The position numbers and the translations under genes were made by a program. From assembly GCA_963666225.3 (NCBI GenBank), contig OZ224030.1, positions 1,042,062 through 1,066,061 of the forward strand: 24,000 nt of DNA. Reading direction: 5' to 3'. Origin of the DNA: Bryobacterales bacterium. Its GTDB lineage: Bacteria > Acidobacteriota > Terriglobia > Bryobacterales > UBA6623. Under the pieces are notes generated by a model. That model saw nothing but the letters and a program-made list of their open reading frames with translations, was not told the DNA's origin and ran no database searches. This document shows positions 16,206-24,000 of the stretch, one piece after another; position 1 is the stretch's first letter; every line of letters begins with the position of its first letter.

Positions 16206-16556
16206 ATGTATCTTATGAACATCTGGGGCATCGCGTCCGAAACGCTGGGAGACGTTGCGGAAGTAGTCAAACCGAGGAGGGGTAAGGCCGTGGTTGGACA
16301 GATCGTACAGGAACTCATTGATCGGGGCAAGGCCCAGGGGCTGGCGCAAGGGCTGATCAAGGGGGAGGCCAAGGGCGAGGCCAAGGGGCTGGCTGGTGCC
16401 TTGACACGACTCTTGGAGCGTCGATTCGGCATGCTGCCGCGTGCAGTCCGTAGGTGGATCGCAACGGCCCCGGCCAGTGAGCTGGACGCTCGGTTTACCG
16501 ACTCCTTGGACGCCAAGTCCCTCGCCGAGGTATTTCCGGGCCTTGATTGGAACTGA
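16206..16556 (+). CDS. Orphan ORF equal to the C-terminal 116 residues of Rpn (linker plus DUF4351-like domain only)
   Basis: MYLMNIWGIASETLGD...AEVFPGLDWN is identical in register to the C-terminus of copy 2 and starts at the in-frame Met pair (M-Y-L-M) present inside both full-length genes. It has an intermediate repeat number in the linker. Whether it is expressed is unknown. Confidence 0.55.
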   Translation: MYLMNIWGIASETLGDVAEVVKPRRGKAVVGQIVQELIDRGKAQGLAQGLIKGEAKGEAKGLAGALTRLLERRFGMLPRAVRRWIATAPASELDARFTDSLDAKSLAEVFPGLDWN

Positions 16557-16673
16557 GGAAGCTGCTGGCCGCAAGCCGCCCGGAGGTTCGCCTCGATCTG
16601 CACCAGGTCGGACCACAATGCTAACCGGGCGTGGGTTTCCAGGTTGTCCCGGCGAGTGCGCGGCGCGCCGGAG

Positions 16674-16740
16674 TCAACCGGGGAAATACTGAAGGTCCCA
16701 GAACGGTCGACCGCGAGAGATCGAACCAGCGTCTGAGCAC
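16674..16740 (+). pseudogene. Third decayed Rpn remnant, cut off by the right terminal repeat
   Basis: Matches 15993-16059 with one substitution, ending ...CAGCGTCTGAGCAC directly at the inner edge of the right TIR. Confidence 0.5.
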
Positions 16741-16839
16741 CCAATCGGCTGTGCCCGGCTTCAGCATGCGCAGACCAATTCGCACTACTGCTGTACTACA
16801 CCACTAACCCCCTCTGTCTTAACTGCGATGTAGCGCTAG
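16741..16839 (-). repeat. Right terminal inverted repeat (uninterrupted, 99 bp)
   Basis: Its reverse complement equals 9324-9373 plus 11387-11435 with 8 mismatches, and includes a copy of the DUF4338 start (ATGCTGAAGCCGGGCACAGCCGATTGG). Confidence 0.8.
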
Positions 16840-16848
16840 GCGGCCTAG
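16840..16848. repeat. Right copy of the 9-bp direct target-site duplication GCGGCCTAG
   Basis: Identical to 9315-9323 and immediately outside the TIR end. Confidence 0.75.
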
Positions 16849-16882
16849 GCAGCCCGTTCTCCCTCTCCCGTACCATGGGGGC

Positions 16883-18316
16883 GTGTTAGCAGAGCCAGTC
16901 CACTCCGAGCTGAGCCGGGTCGTGGGGGAGCGGTTCGTCCTCCACGATGACCGGGATCTGCTGCTGTACGAGTACGACGGCAGCATTGACAAGGGACGGC
17001 CCGACTGCGTGGTCTTGCCCCGCACGACCGAGCAAGTCTTGGAGATCGTGCGCATCGTCGGGGAACACTCGCTCCCAATCGTCGGCCGCGGGGCCGGCAC
17101 GGGCCTCAGCGGGGGCACGATAGCCACCCGCGGTGGCGTGATGGTCGGATTCTCGCGGATGAACAAGATCCTCGAGATCGACCTTGAGAACGAGTGTGCC
17201 GTAGTCCAGCCAGGCGTCGTCAACCTTGACATCACCCGCGCCGTTCAGGGGCACGGATATTATTACGCCCCGGACCCCTCGTCGCAGAAGGCCTGCACCA
17301 TCGGAGGCAACGTGGCCGAGAACGCCGGCGGCCCGCACACGCTCATTTACGGGGTCACCACGAATCATGTCCTCGGCCTGGAGGCCGTCCTGCCCGACGG
17401 GACGCTGCTCGAGATCGGCGGCAAGGAGCAGGACCTGGCCGGTTACGACCTGACCGGGCTGCTGACCGGGTCTGAGGGCACGATGGCGCTCGTCACCAAG
17501 GTCATTGTCAGGCTCATGCGGTCGTGCGAGGCCGTGGAGACCCTGCTGGCGATCTATGACCGGCCGGACGATGCCGCGACGACGGTCGGCGAGCTGACGG
17601 AGCGGGCAATCACCCCGGCGGCCGTGGAAATGCTCGACGGGGTGATGCTGCGAATGGTGGAGGAGGCCACGCACGCTGGATTTCCGCTCGACGCGCAAGC
17701 CGTGCTGTTGATCGAGCTGGAAGGGGTCAGGGAAGGGGTCGCCCAGCAGCTCGGGCAGGTTCGGTCCGTCTGTTTGGAGTCCGGTGCCCGCGAGGTGCGC
17801 GTCGCGAAGACCCCCGCCGAACGGGCGTTGCTGTGGAAGGGCCGCAAGAACGCGTTTGGGGCCGTCGGCCGGGTCAGCCCGACCTACTACGTGCAGGACG
17901 GCGTCGTTCCGCGGACGCGGATCGCCGACACGCTGCGCCACATCTACCGCGTCTCCGAGAAGTACGGCCTCACGATCAGCAACATCTTCCACGCCGGGGA
18001 CGGGAACATGCACCCGATCATCCTGTTCGACCCGCGCAGCGAGGACGAGACGCAGCGCACGCGGGCCGCCGGCGAGGAAATCTTGCGCTACTGCATTGAC
18101 GCTGGTGGGGCGATCACCGGCGAGCACGGGGTCGGCATGGAGAAGAATGAGCTCATGCCGCTGCTGTTCTCGGACGACAGCCTCGCCCAGATTGCGCGCC
18201 TGATGCGCATATTCAACCCCGACGGGCGGCTCAACCCTGGGAAGGTCCTGCCGACCGGGAAGGGATGCTTGGAGGTTCGGCCTCCCGCCGCGGCGCACAA
18301 GGCCGTAGTCTGGTAG
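16883..18316 (+). CDS. glcD: FAD-linked oxidase, glycolate oxidase subunit GlcD-like
   Basis: The FAD-binding PCMH-type region is closely GlcD-like: PDCVVLPRTTEQVLEIVRIVGEHSLPIVGRGAGTGLSGG; MNKILEIDLENECAVVQPGVVNLDI; YYAPDPSSQKACTIGGNVAENAGGPHTLIYGVT; C-terminal GAITGEHGVGMEK. No glcE or glcF is adjacent, so the substrate is uncertain. Confidence 0.85.
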   Translation: MLAEPVHSELSRVVGERFVLHDDRDLLLYEYDGSIDKGRPDCVVLPRTTEQVLEIVRIVGEHSLPIVGRGAGTGLSGGTIATRGGVMVGFSRMNKILEIDLENECAVVQPGVVNLDITRAVQGHGYYYAPDPSSQKACTIGGNVAENAGGPHTLIYGVTTNHVLGLEAVLPDGTLLEIGGKEQDLAGYDLTGLLTGSEGTMALVTKVIVRLMRSCEAVETLLAIYDRPDDAATTVGELTERAITPAAVEMLDGVMLRMVEEATHAGFPLDAQAVLLIELEGVREGVAQQLGQVRSVCLESGAREVRVAKTPAERALLWKGRKNAFGAVGRVSPTYYVQDGVVPRTRIADTLRHIYRVSEKYGLTISNIFHAGDGNMHPIILFDPRSEDETQRTRAAGEEILRYCIDAGGAITGEHGVGMEKNELMPLLFSDDSLAQIARLMRIFNPDGRLNPGKVLPTGKGCLEVRPPAAAHKAVVW

Positions 18317-18325
18317 CATCGCCTC

Positions 18326-19954
18326 GTGACAGTCCGGCCAGCGCTCACAATGGCCCTGATGGCCGCCCTGTGGGGGTGCGGCGCGGCTCCCGGGCCCGGC
18401 CCTGGGATTCGCGGTGAGGATTTGGCCGCTGACACACGATTCCTGTCACTCGACCTGCTCGAAGGCCGGGGCGTTGCCAGCAGGGGCGAGATACTCGCCA
18501 CGGAGTATCTCGCCACTCAGCTCGCGCTTGCCGGGGCGGAGCCGGCCGGCGATGGCGGGACGTACTTCCAGGCGGTCCCGCTGGTCGAGGTCAAGACCCA
18601 GCCCGGCACGGAGCTCAGCGTCGCGGGCCAGGCCCTGCGCCCGCAGGACGACTACGTCGGCACGAACGAGCTCCAGACAGGCCGGGAATTGCTGGATGCC
18701 GAGGTCGTCTTCGTCGGGCACGGCATTAGCGCGCCGGAATTTGACTGGGACGACTACAAGGGGGTGGACGTCACTGGCAAGGTTGTGGTGCTGTTCACCA
18801 ATGAGCCACCCTCGGAGGATCCCGGCTTCTTTGGGGGCCGGGCGCTGACATATTACGGCCGCTGGACCTTCAAGTACGAGGAGGCGGCTCGCCGCGGAGC
18901 TCTCGGAGCGCTCATCGTGCACACGGACGCCACGGCCGGGTATCCGTGGGATGTCGTGCGCAACTCTTGGAGCGGCGGGCAGCTCTACGTGGAGCGGGCT
19001 GAGGGCGAGCCAAAGCTGGCCCTGGCCGGCTGGCTGACATCGCAAGCCGCGCGGCGTCTCTTCGATGCATCGCCCGAGACGGCTGGCGCGTCTCTGGACG
19101 AGCTGCTGGCCGCGGCGAACCGCCCCGACTTCAGCCCCGTCGCCCTGGGCGTGAACGCGCGGGCTGACATGCGCAGCTCGATCGTCCCGGTCGAGAGCCG
19201 CAACGTGCTCGGCCAGTTTCCCGGCAGCGACGACGTCCTGGCCGGCCAAGCCGTCCTGTACACCGCCCACTGGGACCATCTGGGCATTGCCGAGGCAGGG
19301 GACGACCCGATCTACAACGGCGCCGTCGACAACGCGACGGGGTGCGCGGCGCTGCTGGCGATCGCGCGGCAGATCGGCGCACTGCCCGAAGCTCTGGGAC
19401 GGTCGGTCGTCTTCGCGTTCGTTGGGGCCGAGGAGAGCGGGTTGCTCGGCTCCGCCTATTACGCCGCGAATCCGGTCTTCCCGATGGGCCAGACCGCCGT
19501 CAACCTCAACTACGACGGACTATTCCCGTTCGGCGTTACGAGTGACATCTCCGCTCCCGGGCACGAGAGGACCACGCTGCGCCAGACGGTTGTCGATCTC
19601 GCGCGGAGTTTCGGGCTGGACCTCACGCCAGATGCGCACCCCGAGCAGGGCTACTACTACCGGTCGGACCAGTTCAGCCTTGCCAAGCGGGGCGTGCCGG
19701 CGTTCTCGATCAGGAGCGGTTCGCACTTCACTGGCCGTCCCTCGGGCTGGGGAGAGGAACGTGTGGGCCAGTACCGGGAGCGGCACTACCACCAGCCGTC
19801 CGACGAGTTCCGGGAAGACTGGGACTTTTCCGGAATCGCCGACTTGGCGCGCTTCGGGCTGGAGCTCGGGCGCATCGTCGGGAACTCCGCCGAGGTGCCC
19901 ACGTGGGCCGACGGGGATGAGTTCCGGGCCGCGCGGGACGCTTCCTTGCGCTGA
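18326..19954 (+). CDS. M28-family aminopeptidase with PA domain, probable lipoprotein
   Basis: The signal/lipobox is MTVRPALTMALMAALWGC. The M28 metal-site context is HWDHLG, YNGAVDNATGCAALLAIAR and FAFVGAEESGLLGSAYY. The gene starts 9 nt after the glcD stop, which is operon-like. Confidence 0.85.
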   Translation: MTVRPALTMALMAALWGCGAAPGPGPGIRGEDLAADTRFLSLDLLEGRGVASRGEILATEYLATQLALAGAEPAGDGGTYFQAVPLVEVKTQPGTELSVAGQALRPQDDYVGTNELQTGRELLDAEVVFVGHGISAPEFDWDDYKGVDVTGKVVVLFTNEPPSEDPGFFGGRALTYYGRWTFKYEEAARRGALGALIVHTDATAGYPWDVVRNSWSGGQLYVERAEGEPKLALAGWLTSQAARRLFDASPETAGASLDELLAAANRPDFSPVALGVNARADMRSSIVPVESRNVLGQFPGSDDVLAGQAVLYTAHWDHLGIAEAGDDPIYNGAVDNATGCAALLAIARQIGALPEALGRSVVFAFVGAEESGLLGSAYYAANPVFPMGQTAVNLNYDGLFPFGVTSDISAPGHERTTLRQTVVDLARSFGLDLTPDAHPEQGYYYRSDQFSLAKRGVPAFSIRSGSHFTGRPSGWGEERVGQYRERHYHQPSDEFREDWDFSGIADLARFGLELGRIVGNSAEVPTWADGDEFRAARDASLR

Positions 19955-20158
19955 CAGCCGCCCCTCCGGCTGGCACTCCAACGGGTAGGCTGGCCTCGTC
20001 GCAGGTCCGCGCAGGCTCGTTCTGAATGGGGGCGGTCATGGCCCCGAAGGCGCCATGGGGCGCGGCGGGAATGCCCGGCGCGGTTTCGTTACAATCGGGC
20101 AAATCCGGCGAGCGGGCCGGCGAGCCCGACCGCCAGTCTAGTCTGGGAGAATTCTCGA

Positions 20159-20572
20159 ATGAAGCGATACTTGACCCTTGCGGCTCTGGCGGGGGCGATG
20201 GTCGGCACACTGCAGGCCGAGCACACCTACCAGAAGGCTGCCACCGTGAATCACCTGATGGAGTACATGGTGAAACCGGCCATGGCCAAGGTCAAGGCTT
20301 ACCGCGAGGCCGGAGGGCCCGCGGACAAGGAACAGTGGCAGACGGCGCACGGCGCGATCTCGATGGTCAACGAGGCCGCACAGCTTGTCCTGATGGACGG
20401 TCGCGTCAAGGATGACGCATGGAAGACGGGGGCGGAGAAGGTCATTGAGGCGGCCCGCTCAGCGATGCTAGGCGCCTATCGCATGGATCCCGATGGCTAC
20501 AACGGTGGCGTGAAGGCCATGATGGGCGGTTGCAAGACATGCCACGATGTCCACAAGAAGGACAAGGAGTGA
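20159..20572 (+). CDS. Class II c-type cytochrome (cytochrome c-prime / c556-like), secreted
   Basis: The signal peptide is MKRYLTLAALAGAMVGTLQA. The mature size is about 117 aa, with a single CxxCH (CKTCH) close to the C-terminus, the class II arrangement. GGGAGA lies 8 nt upstream of the ATG. Confidence 0.75.
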   Translation: MKRYLTLAALAGAMVGTLQAEHTYQKAATVNHLMEYMVKPAMAKVKAYREAGGPADKEQWQTAHGAISMVNEAAQLVLMDGRVKDDAWKTGAEKVIEAARSAMLGAYRMDPDGYNGGVKAMMGGCKTCHDVHKKDKE

Positions 20573-20637
20573 GCAAGCCCTAACTGCTCGACGCCAGCAG
20601 TAATCCCGCGAGGGCTAGCGGGCTGAGTGTTCGTTCG

Positions 20638-20677
20638 CGCGTCTCTGCCCGCCGTTGTCGGACCAGGCAGAGACGCG
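20638..20677. terminator. Candidate bidirectional terminator hairpin between convergent genes
   Basis: CGCGTCTCTGCC (20638-20649) pairs perfectly with GGCAGAGACGCG (20666-20677) across a 16-nt loop. It lies between the cytochrome c stop and the ferredoxin stop. There is no clear U-tract. Confidence 0.45.
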
Positions 20678-20694
20678 GGTTGCGGTGATCCGCC

Positions 20695-20952
20695 CTATTC
20701 GTAGTACTCCGCGTTGCGGTCGATGAAGTCGTCCCACTCCTCTGGCAGGTCTTCCTCGGCGAAGATCGCCGACACTGGGCAGACTGGGACGCACGCGCCA
20801 CAGTCGATGCACTCCTCGGGATCGATGTAGAGCATCTCCTCAACATCAAAGTCTTCCTCGTCTGACCTCGGGTGGATGCAGTCCACCGGGCAGGCGTCCA
20901 CGCATGCCGTGTCCTTTGTGCCGATGCATGGCTCGGCGATGATGTAAGCCAT
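20695..20952 (-). CDS. fdxA: 7Fe-type ferredoxin ([3Fe-4S][4Fe-4S], FdxA-like)
   Basis: MAYIIAEPCIGTKDTACVDACPVDCIH ... YIDPEECIDCGACVPVCPVSAIF shows the classical Cx7CxxxCP plus CxxCxxCxxxCP spacing. An acidic C-terminal tail follows (EEDLPEEWDDF). A strong GGAGAAGGA lies upstream. Confidence 0.9.
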   Translation of the reverse strand: MAYIIAEPCIGTKDTACVDACPVDCIHPRSDEEDFDVEEMLYIDPEECIDCGACVPVCPVSAIFAEEDLPEEWDDFIDRNAEYYE

Positions 20953-21327
20953 TGCTGTTCCTTCTCCCCTTCGTGATCCGACAACCCGGGCGGTGTCCCA
21001 ACCGCCCCGGAGCCCGGGCCGCCAAGGCGCCCAAGGTCAAAGTTTATCACACCGGGGCAGCGCTAGCGAGACACATGAGGGAAGCGCCCTAGGCCATGTG
21101 CGGGGGCTTGATTCACCAGGCTTCCGGGCCCTGGAATCGATGCCCGCCAGCCGTGTCGCCATCCCGGCGGCCGTCTTCTCCCGGCCAGGCGGGCTAATCG
21201 TGACCGCGGACTGGCACATCGGGGCCGAGTGTTCCGGTCTCGCTTGCCGGGCGGCGGCTCCACGCGGACTCCTCGCCGCCGATCCCGCGAAGGGCCGCGA
21301 AGTGCCGTCGCGATCGTATGATTGTGC

Positions 21328-21669
21328 ATGCCCATGGCACTGAAGTGGACCTTTCTCCTCGTCGCCCTGTTGCTCGCACAGCCTGCCACTGCCCAGCGCC
21401 GGGGGACCGCTGGACCGCTTGGCGGCACTCTTGGCGACGAGCCCGAGCGGACCATGCCAGATGGCCGGTCCCGGACGCTGTTGCTGCTCAAGAGCGATGC
21501 CAAGAAGTCTTCCGAGGACATGGCGCGAGTTGTGAAGCTCGCAGCGGAGCTCCAAGAGGACGTCGAGCGGAATGAGTTCCACACCGTGGATCTGGGCAGC
21601 GTCCGCAAGGCGGAGGAGATCATCAAGTTGGTCCGGCGGGTCAAGACACGCCTCATCAGGGCGCGGTGA
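21328..21669 (+). CDS. Small secreted hypothetical protein
   Basis: The signal-like N-terminus is MPMALKWTFLLVALLLAQPATAQ, followed by a charged helical C-terminal half. No family was recognised, and the start is ambiguous (21322 TTG, 21328 or 21334 ATG). Confidence 0.45.
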   Translation: MPMALKWTFLLVALLLAQPATAQRRGTAGPLGGTLGDEPERTMPDGRSRTLLLLKSDAKKSSEDMARVVKLAAELQEDVERNEFHTVDLGSVRKAEEIIKLVRRVKTRLIRAR

Positions 21670-21992
21670 CCGGGCGCTCGGCACTGTTAACCGGGAGGCT
21701 GCACGCCAAGCGACGGGCGGTGTCGACACCTGCTCGGGGGATGCGCCAAGTTGGCGGAAGTCCGTCGCGGCACACTGCTCAGGGTCCGCCGTACCCCGCA
21801 GGGTTGCGGCACTTGGGTAGTCAGCTTCCGCGGGGAGACTGCCGTCCCGTGCGATCGGCCGTGTTGCGTGGGGTGTCCCCGCGGACCGCGGTGTTCGGGG
21901 CCAAGATCAAGCGCACCCGCCCGGACCTTGCCAAGAACTCGAGGCTTTGCCAGGCCGGGCGAATCGCCCGCTTCGAGTCCTGAACCGGTCCC

Positions 21993-23390
21993 TCAGGCCA
22001 GAATCTCGCGCACAACCCTGCCCGCCACGTCCGTGAGCCGGAAGTCCCGACCCTGGAAGCGGTACGTCAGCTGCGTGTGGTCGAACCCCAGCGCGTGGAG
22101 CAGGGTCGCGTGCAAGTCGTGCACGTGTACCTTGCCCTCGACCACGTTGAATCCCAGATCGTCGGTCCTGCCCAGCGTGATCCCGGGCTTGATGCCGCCC
22201 CCGGCCATCCACATCGTGAATGCGTTCGGGTGGTGGTCGCGCCCATCGTCAGTGCCCCCTTGCACCATTGGCGTGCGACCGAACTCCCCGCCCCACAGCA
22301 CCAGTGTCTCGTCGAGCAGCCCTCGCTGCTTGAGGTCCTTCACGAGCGCGGCGCTGGCTTGATCTGTGACTTCGCAGTTCTCACGCAAGTCCGAGACCAG
22401 ATTGCCGTGCTGGTCCCATGACTCGTGGAACAGCTCGACGAAGCGCACACCGCGTTCGACAAGCCGCCTGGCTAGGACGCAATTGTTCGCGAATGACGGC
22501 TTGCCGGGCTCCGCCCCGTACATCTCGAGCACGTGCCGGGGTTCTTGGGAGATGTCCATCAGCTCCGGCGTGCTGGCTTGCATCCGGTAGGCCATCTCGA
22601 ACGAGCTGATCCGGGTCTCGATCTCAGGGTCCCCCACCGTTTGCAGGTGCATCCGGTTGAGGCGACCGATCGAGTCCAGCGACGCGCGCTGCAGCTCTCG
22701 GTCCACCCCGGGAGGGTTTGACAGGTACAGGACGGGGTCGCCGCTGGTGCGGAACTGCACTCCTTGGTACATCGAGGGCAGGAAGCCGCTGCCCCAGTTG
22801 GCATTGCCCCCGCTCGGCCCCTTGTTCCCGGAACTGAACACGACGAAGCCCGGCAGGTCGCGCGATTCGCTGCCCAGCCCGTATAGGGTCCAAGCGCCGA
22901 GGGACGGGCGCCCGAACTGCTGGGAACCGGTGCTCATCATCACCTGGGCGGGCGCGTGGTTGAAGGCATCGGTCACGACCGATTTCACGATCGCGATGTC
23001 ATCCGCGATGGAGGCCGTGTGCGGGATTAGCTCCGACAGTTCCAAACCGCTCTCACCGTGGCGGGCGAACTGGAACTTCGGGCCCAGCAGGGTTGAGTTG
23101 GGGTCGATGAACGCGGCCCGGTAGCCCTCGAGCAACCCCGCCGGCGGCAACGTTCCCTCGTGCTCCGCCAGTGCCGGCTTGTAGTCGAAGAGTTCCAGAT
23201 GGCTTGGCCCGCCTCCCATGAACAGGAAGATCACATTCTTGGCCGTCGGGCTGTGATGGGGCTGCTTTGCCCCGAGCGGGTCAGAAGCCTGCAACAGCTG
23301 CCGCATTGCGACAGCGCCAAGGCCAACGCCGCAGCGCTCTAAGAACCAGCGCCTGGCCAATAAGCTGGGGTTGGATTCCACACCGGCCAT
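21993..23390 (-). CDS. DUF1501 domain protein (sulfatase-fold), Tat-signal
   Basis: The twin-arginine N-terminus is [17 protein letters not shown]. Typical DUF1501 blocks are present: [62 protein letters not shown] and [13 protein letters not shown]. Confidence 0.9.
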   Translation of the reverse strand: MAGVESNPSLLARRWFLERCGVGLGAVAMRQLLQASDPLGAKQPHHSPTAKNVIFLFMGGGPSHLELFDYKPALAEHEGTLPPAGLLEGYRAAFIDPNSTLLGPKFQFARHGESGLELSELIPHTASIADDIAIVKSVVTDAFNHAPAQVMMSTGSQQFGRPSLGAWTLYGLGSESRDLPGFVVFSSGNKGPSGGNANWGSGFLPSMYQGVQFRTSGDPVLYLSNPPGVDRELQRASLDSIGRLNRMHLQTVGDPEIETRISSFEMAYRMQASTPELMDISQEPRHVLEMYGAEPGKPSFANNCVLARRLVERGVRFVELFHESWDQHGNLVSDLRENCEVTDQASAALVKDLKQRGLLDETLVLWGGEFGRTPMVQGGTDDGRDHHPNAFTMWMAGGGIKPGITLGRTDDLGFNVVEGKVHVHDLHATLLHALGFDHTQLTYRFQGRDFRLTDVAGRVVREILA

Positions 23391-23393
23391 CGT

Positions 23394-24000
23394 TCATTCC
23401 CTCGTGATTGTCTCGTCCAAGTTCAGCAAAACCCTCGAAACGGCGGTCCAAGCCGCGATTTCCCGCGCGGGCCCCCCGCTCGCGGGCGATTCTTGCGACG
23501 CCGCACCGAAGGCCAGCAACTCCGCGTCGAGTTCCGCGGCTCCGAGCCGTCCCCGCTGCGCGTTGAGCAGGGCAACGAGTTCCGATCGCTCGGCATCCCC
23601 CGGTGGCCGGGACAGCACCGTGCGAAACGCGAAGTCGACTCTCTCGGCGTCGCTTCGGCCGCCCTCGGCCAGTGTCCTCCGGGCCAGGCCACGGGCGGAT
23701 TCCACGAAGACAGTCTCGTTGAGCGTCACGAGCGCCTGTAGCGGGGTGTTCGAGCGGTCCCGCTTGACACACGCGAAATTGCCAGTGGGCGTGTCGAAGG
23801 TTGTCAGCACCGGGAATGGCACCGAACGATAGCGGAACGCGTACAGCGACCGGCGGTAACGGTCCGCACCTTCGGCCTCGTACCACCGCTTGGGGCCGTA
23901 GCTGACCGGGGGCTGGAACAGGAAGTCCGGCGCCGGCGGGTACATCGGCGCACCTCCGACTTGACGTGTCAGCAAGCCGCTGGACGCGAGCGCGATATCG
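23394..24000 (-). CDS. DUF1553-type protein (PSD1-like), C-terminal part; 5' end lies beyond the window
   Basis: The frame stays open to nt 24000 (DIALASSG precedes the TTG the track used as a start). DUF1553 blocks are present: RRSLYAFRYRSVPFPVLTTFDTPTGNFACVKRDRSNTPLQALVTLNE. The stop is 3 nt before the DUF1501 start, the usual DUF1553-DUF1501 pairing. Confidence 0.85.
   Translation of the reverse strand, partial: DIALASSGLLTRQVGGAPMYPPAPDFLFQPPVSYGPKRWYEAEGADRYRRSLYAFRYRSVPFPVLTTFDTPTGNFACVKRDRSNTPLQALVTLNETVFVESARGLARRTLAEGGRSDAERVDFAFRTVLSRPPGDAERSELVALLNAQRGRLGAAELDAELLAFGAASQESPASGGPAREIAAWTAVSRVLLNLDETITRE

Larger units (their letters stand above)
9324..16839. mobile_element. Composite, rearranged IS-like/transposon-like insertion (TIR- and TSD-bounded). 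It carries a DUF4338 gene, a group II intron and Rpn-family nuclease genes, and has no recognisable transposase.
   Basis: The two ends are about 99-bp inverted repeats once the intron is removed in silico, with 91 of 99 positions identical by my manual count. They are flanked by the direct 9-mer GCGGCCTAG. Deleting 9324-16848 leaves a simple junction between the upstream gene's stop codon and the glcD leader. Confidence 0.75.

Noticed and set aside
9324-16839. Druantia-type defence island (because of the DruA-family DUF4338), or a retron/DRT-type defence RT
   Set aside because: No DruB-E-like large genes or DUF1998 helicase are present, and the DUF4338 gene is disrupted. The RT is unambiguously intron-encoded: it is flanked by the GUGCG 5' end, domain V and a splice-site empty-site control.
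16886-18319. 477-aa antisense ORF exactly mirroring glcD. Similar long antisense ORFs occur at 7620-9176, 1628-2683, 2079-3113, 10761-11777, 21037-21729 and 12192-12920.
   Set aside because: Their compositions are dominated by Arg/Pro/Gly/Ala, as expected from stop-poor antisense frames in GC-rich DNA. They show no family motifs, and each overlaps a sense-strand gene with clear domain signatures.
21781-21900. Possible tRNA or other small structured RNA gene in the intergenic region
   Set aside because: No T-loop (GGTTCGAATCC-like) or cloverleaf arrangement could be found by eye. It is kept only as a low-interest hairpin observation.

Overview
GC-rich bacterial chromosomal window, roughly two-thirds G+C by eye (not computed). 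The gene content suggests Acidobacteriota, Planctomycetota or Verrucomicrobiota: a CarboxypepD_reg-type TonB-dependent receptor, a DUF1553/DUF1501 pair and a TPR lipoprotein. This taxonomic call is inference only.

Housekeeping backbone:
- glnE (5' partial), a TPR lipoprotein, a TonB-dependent receptor, a small 4-TM protein and a conserved hypothetical protein.
- After the insertion described below: glcD-like FAD oxidase, M28 aminopeptidase, class II cytochrome c, 7Fe ferredoxin, a small secreted protein, DUF1501 and DUF1553 (partial).

The accessory part is a 7.5-kb insertion at 9324-16839.
- It is bounded by ~99-bp imperfect terminal inverted repeats and a 9-bp direct duplication (GCGGCCTAG). 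It contains no recognisable transposase.
- A complete group II intron (9374-11386: GUGCG 5' end, RT/maturase ORF, canonical domain V, an unusually long domain VI) sits inside the left terminal repeat. The uninterrupted right repeat acts as an internal empty-site control.
- A DUF4338 (DruA-family) gene starts inside the terminal repeat. It is split into a plus-strand 5' piece and a minus-strand 3' piece through three copies of a 19-bp sequence, two of which form a perfect 45-nt palindrome.
- There are two near-identical full-length Rpn/YhgA-type PD-(D/E)xK nuclease genes. There is also an orphan ORF equal to only the Rpn C-terminal domain, decayed Rpn paralog remnants, a homeologous-crossover tandem duplication and a coding VNTR.

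I saw no rRNA, tRNA or CRISPR array. The many long antisense ORFs in the track are GC-driven shadow ORFs.
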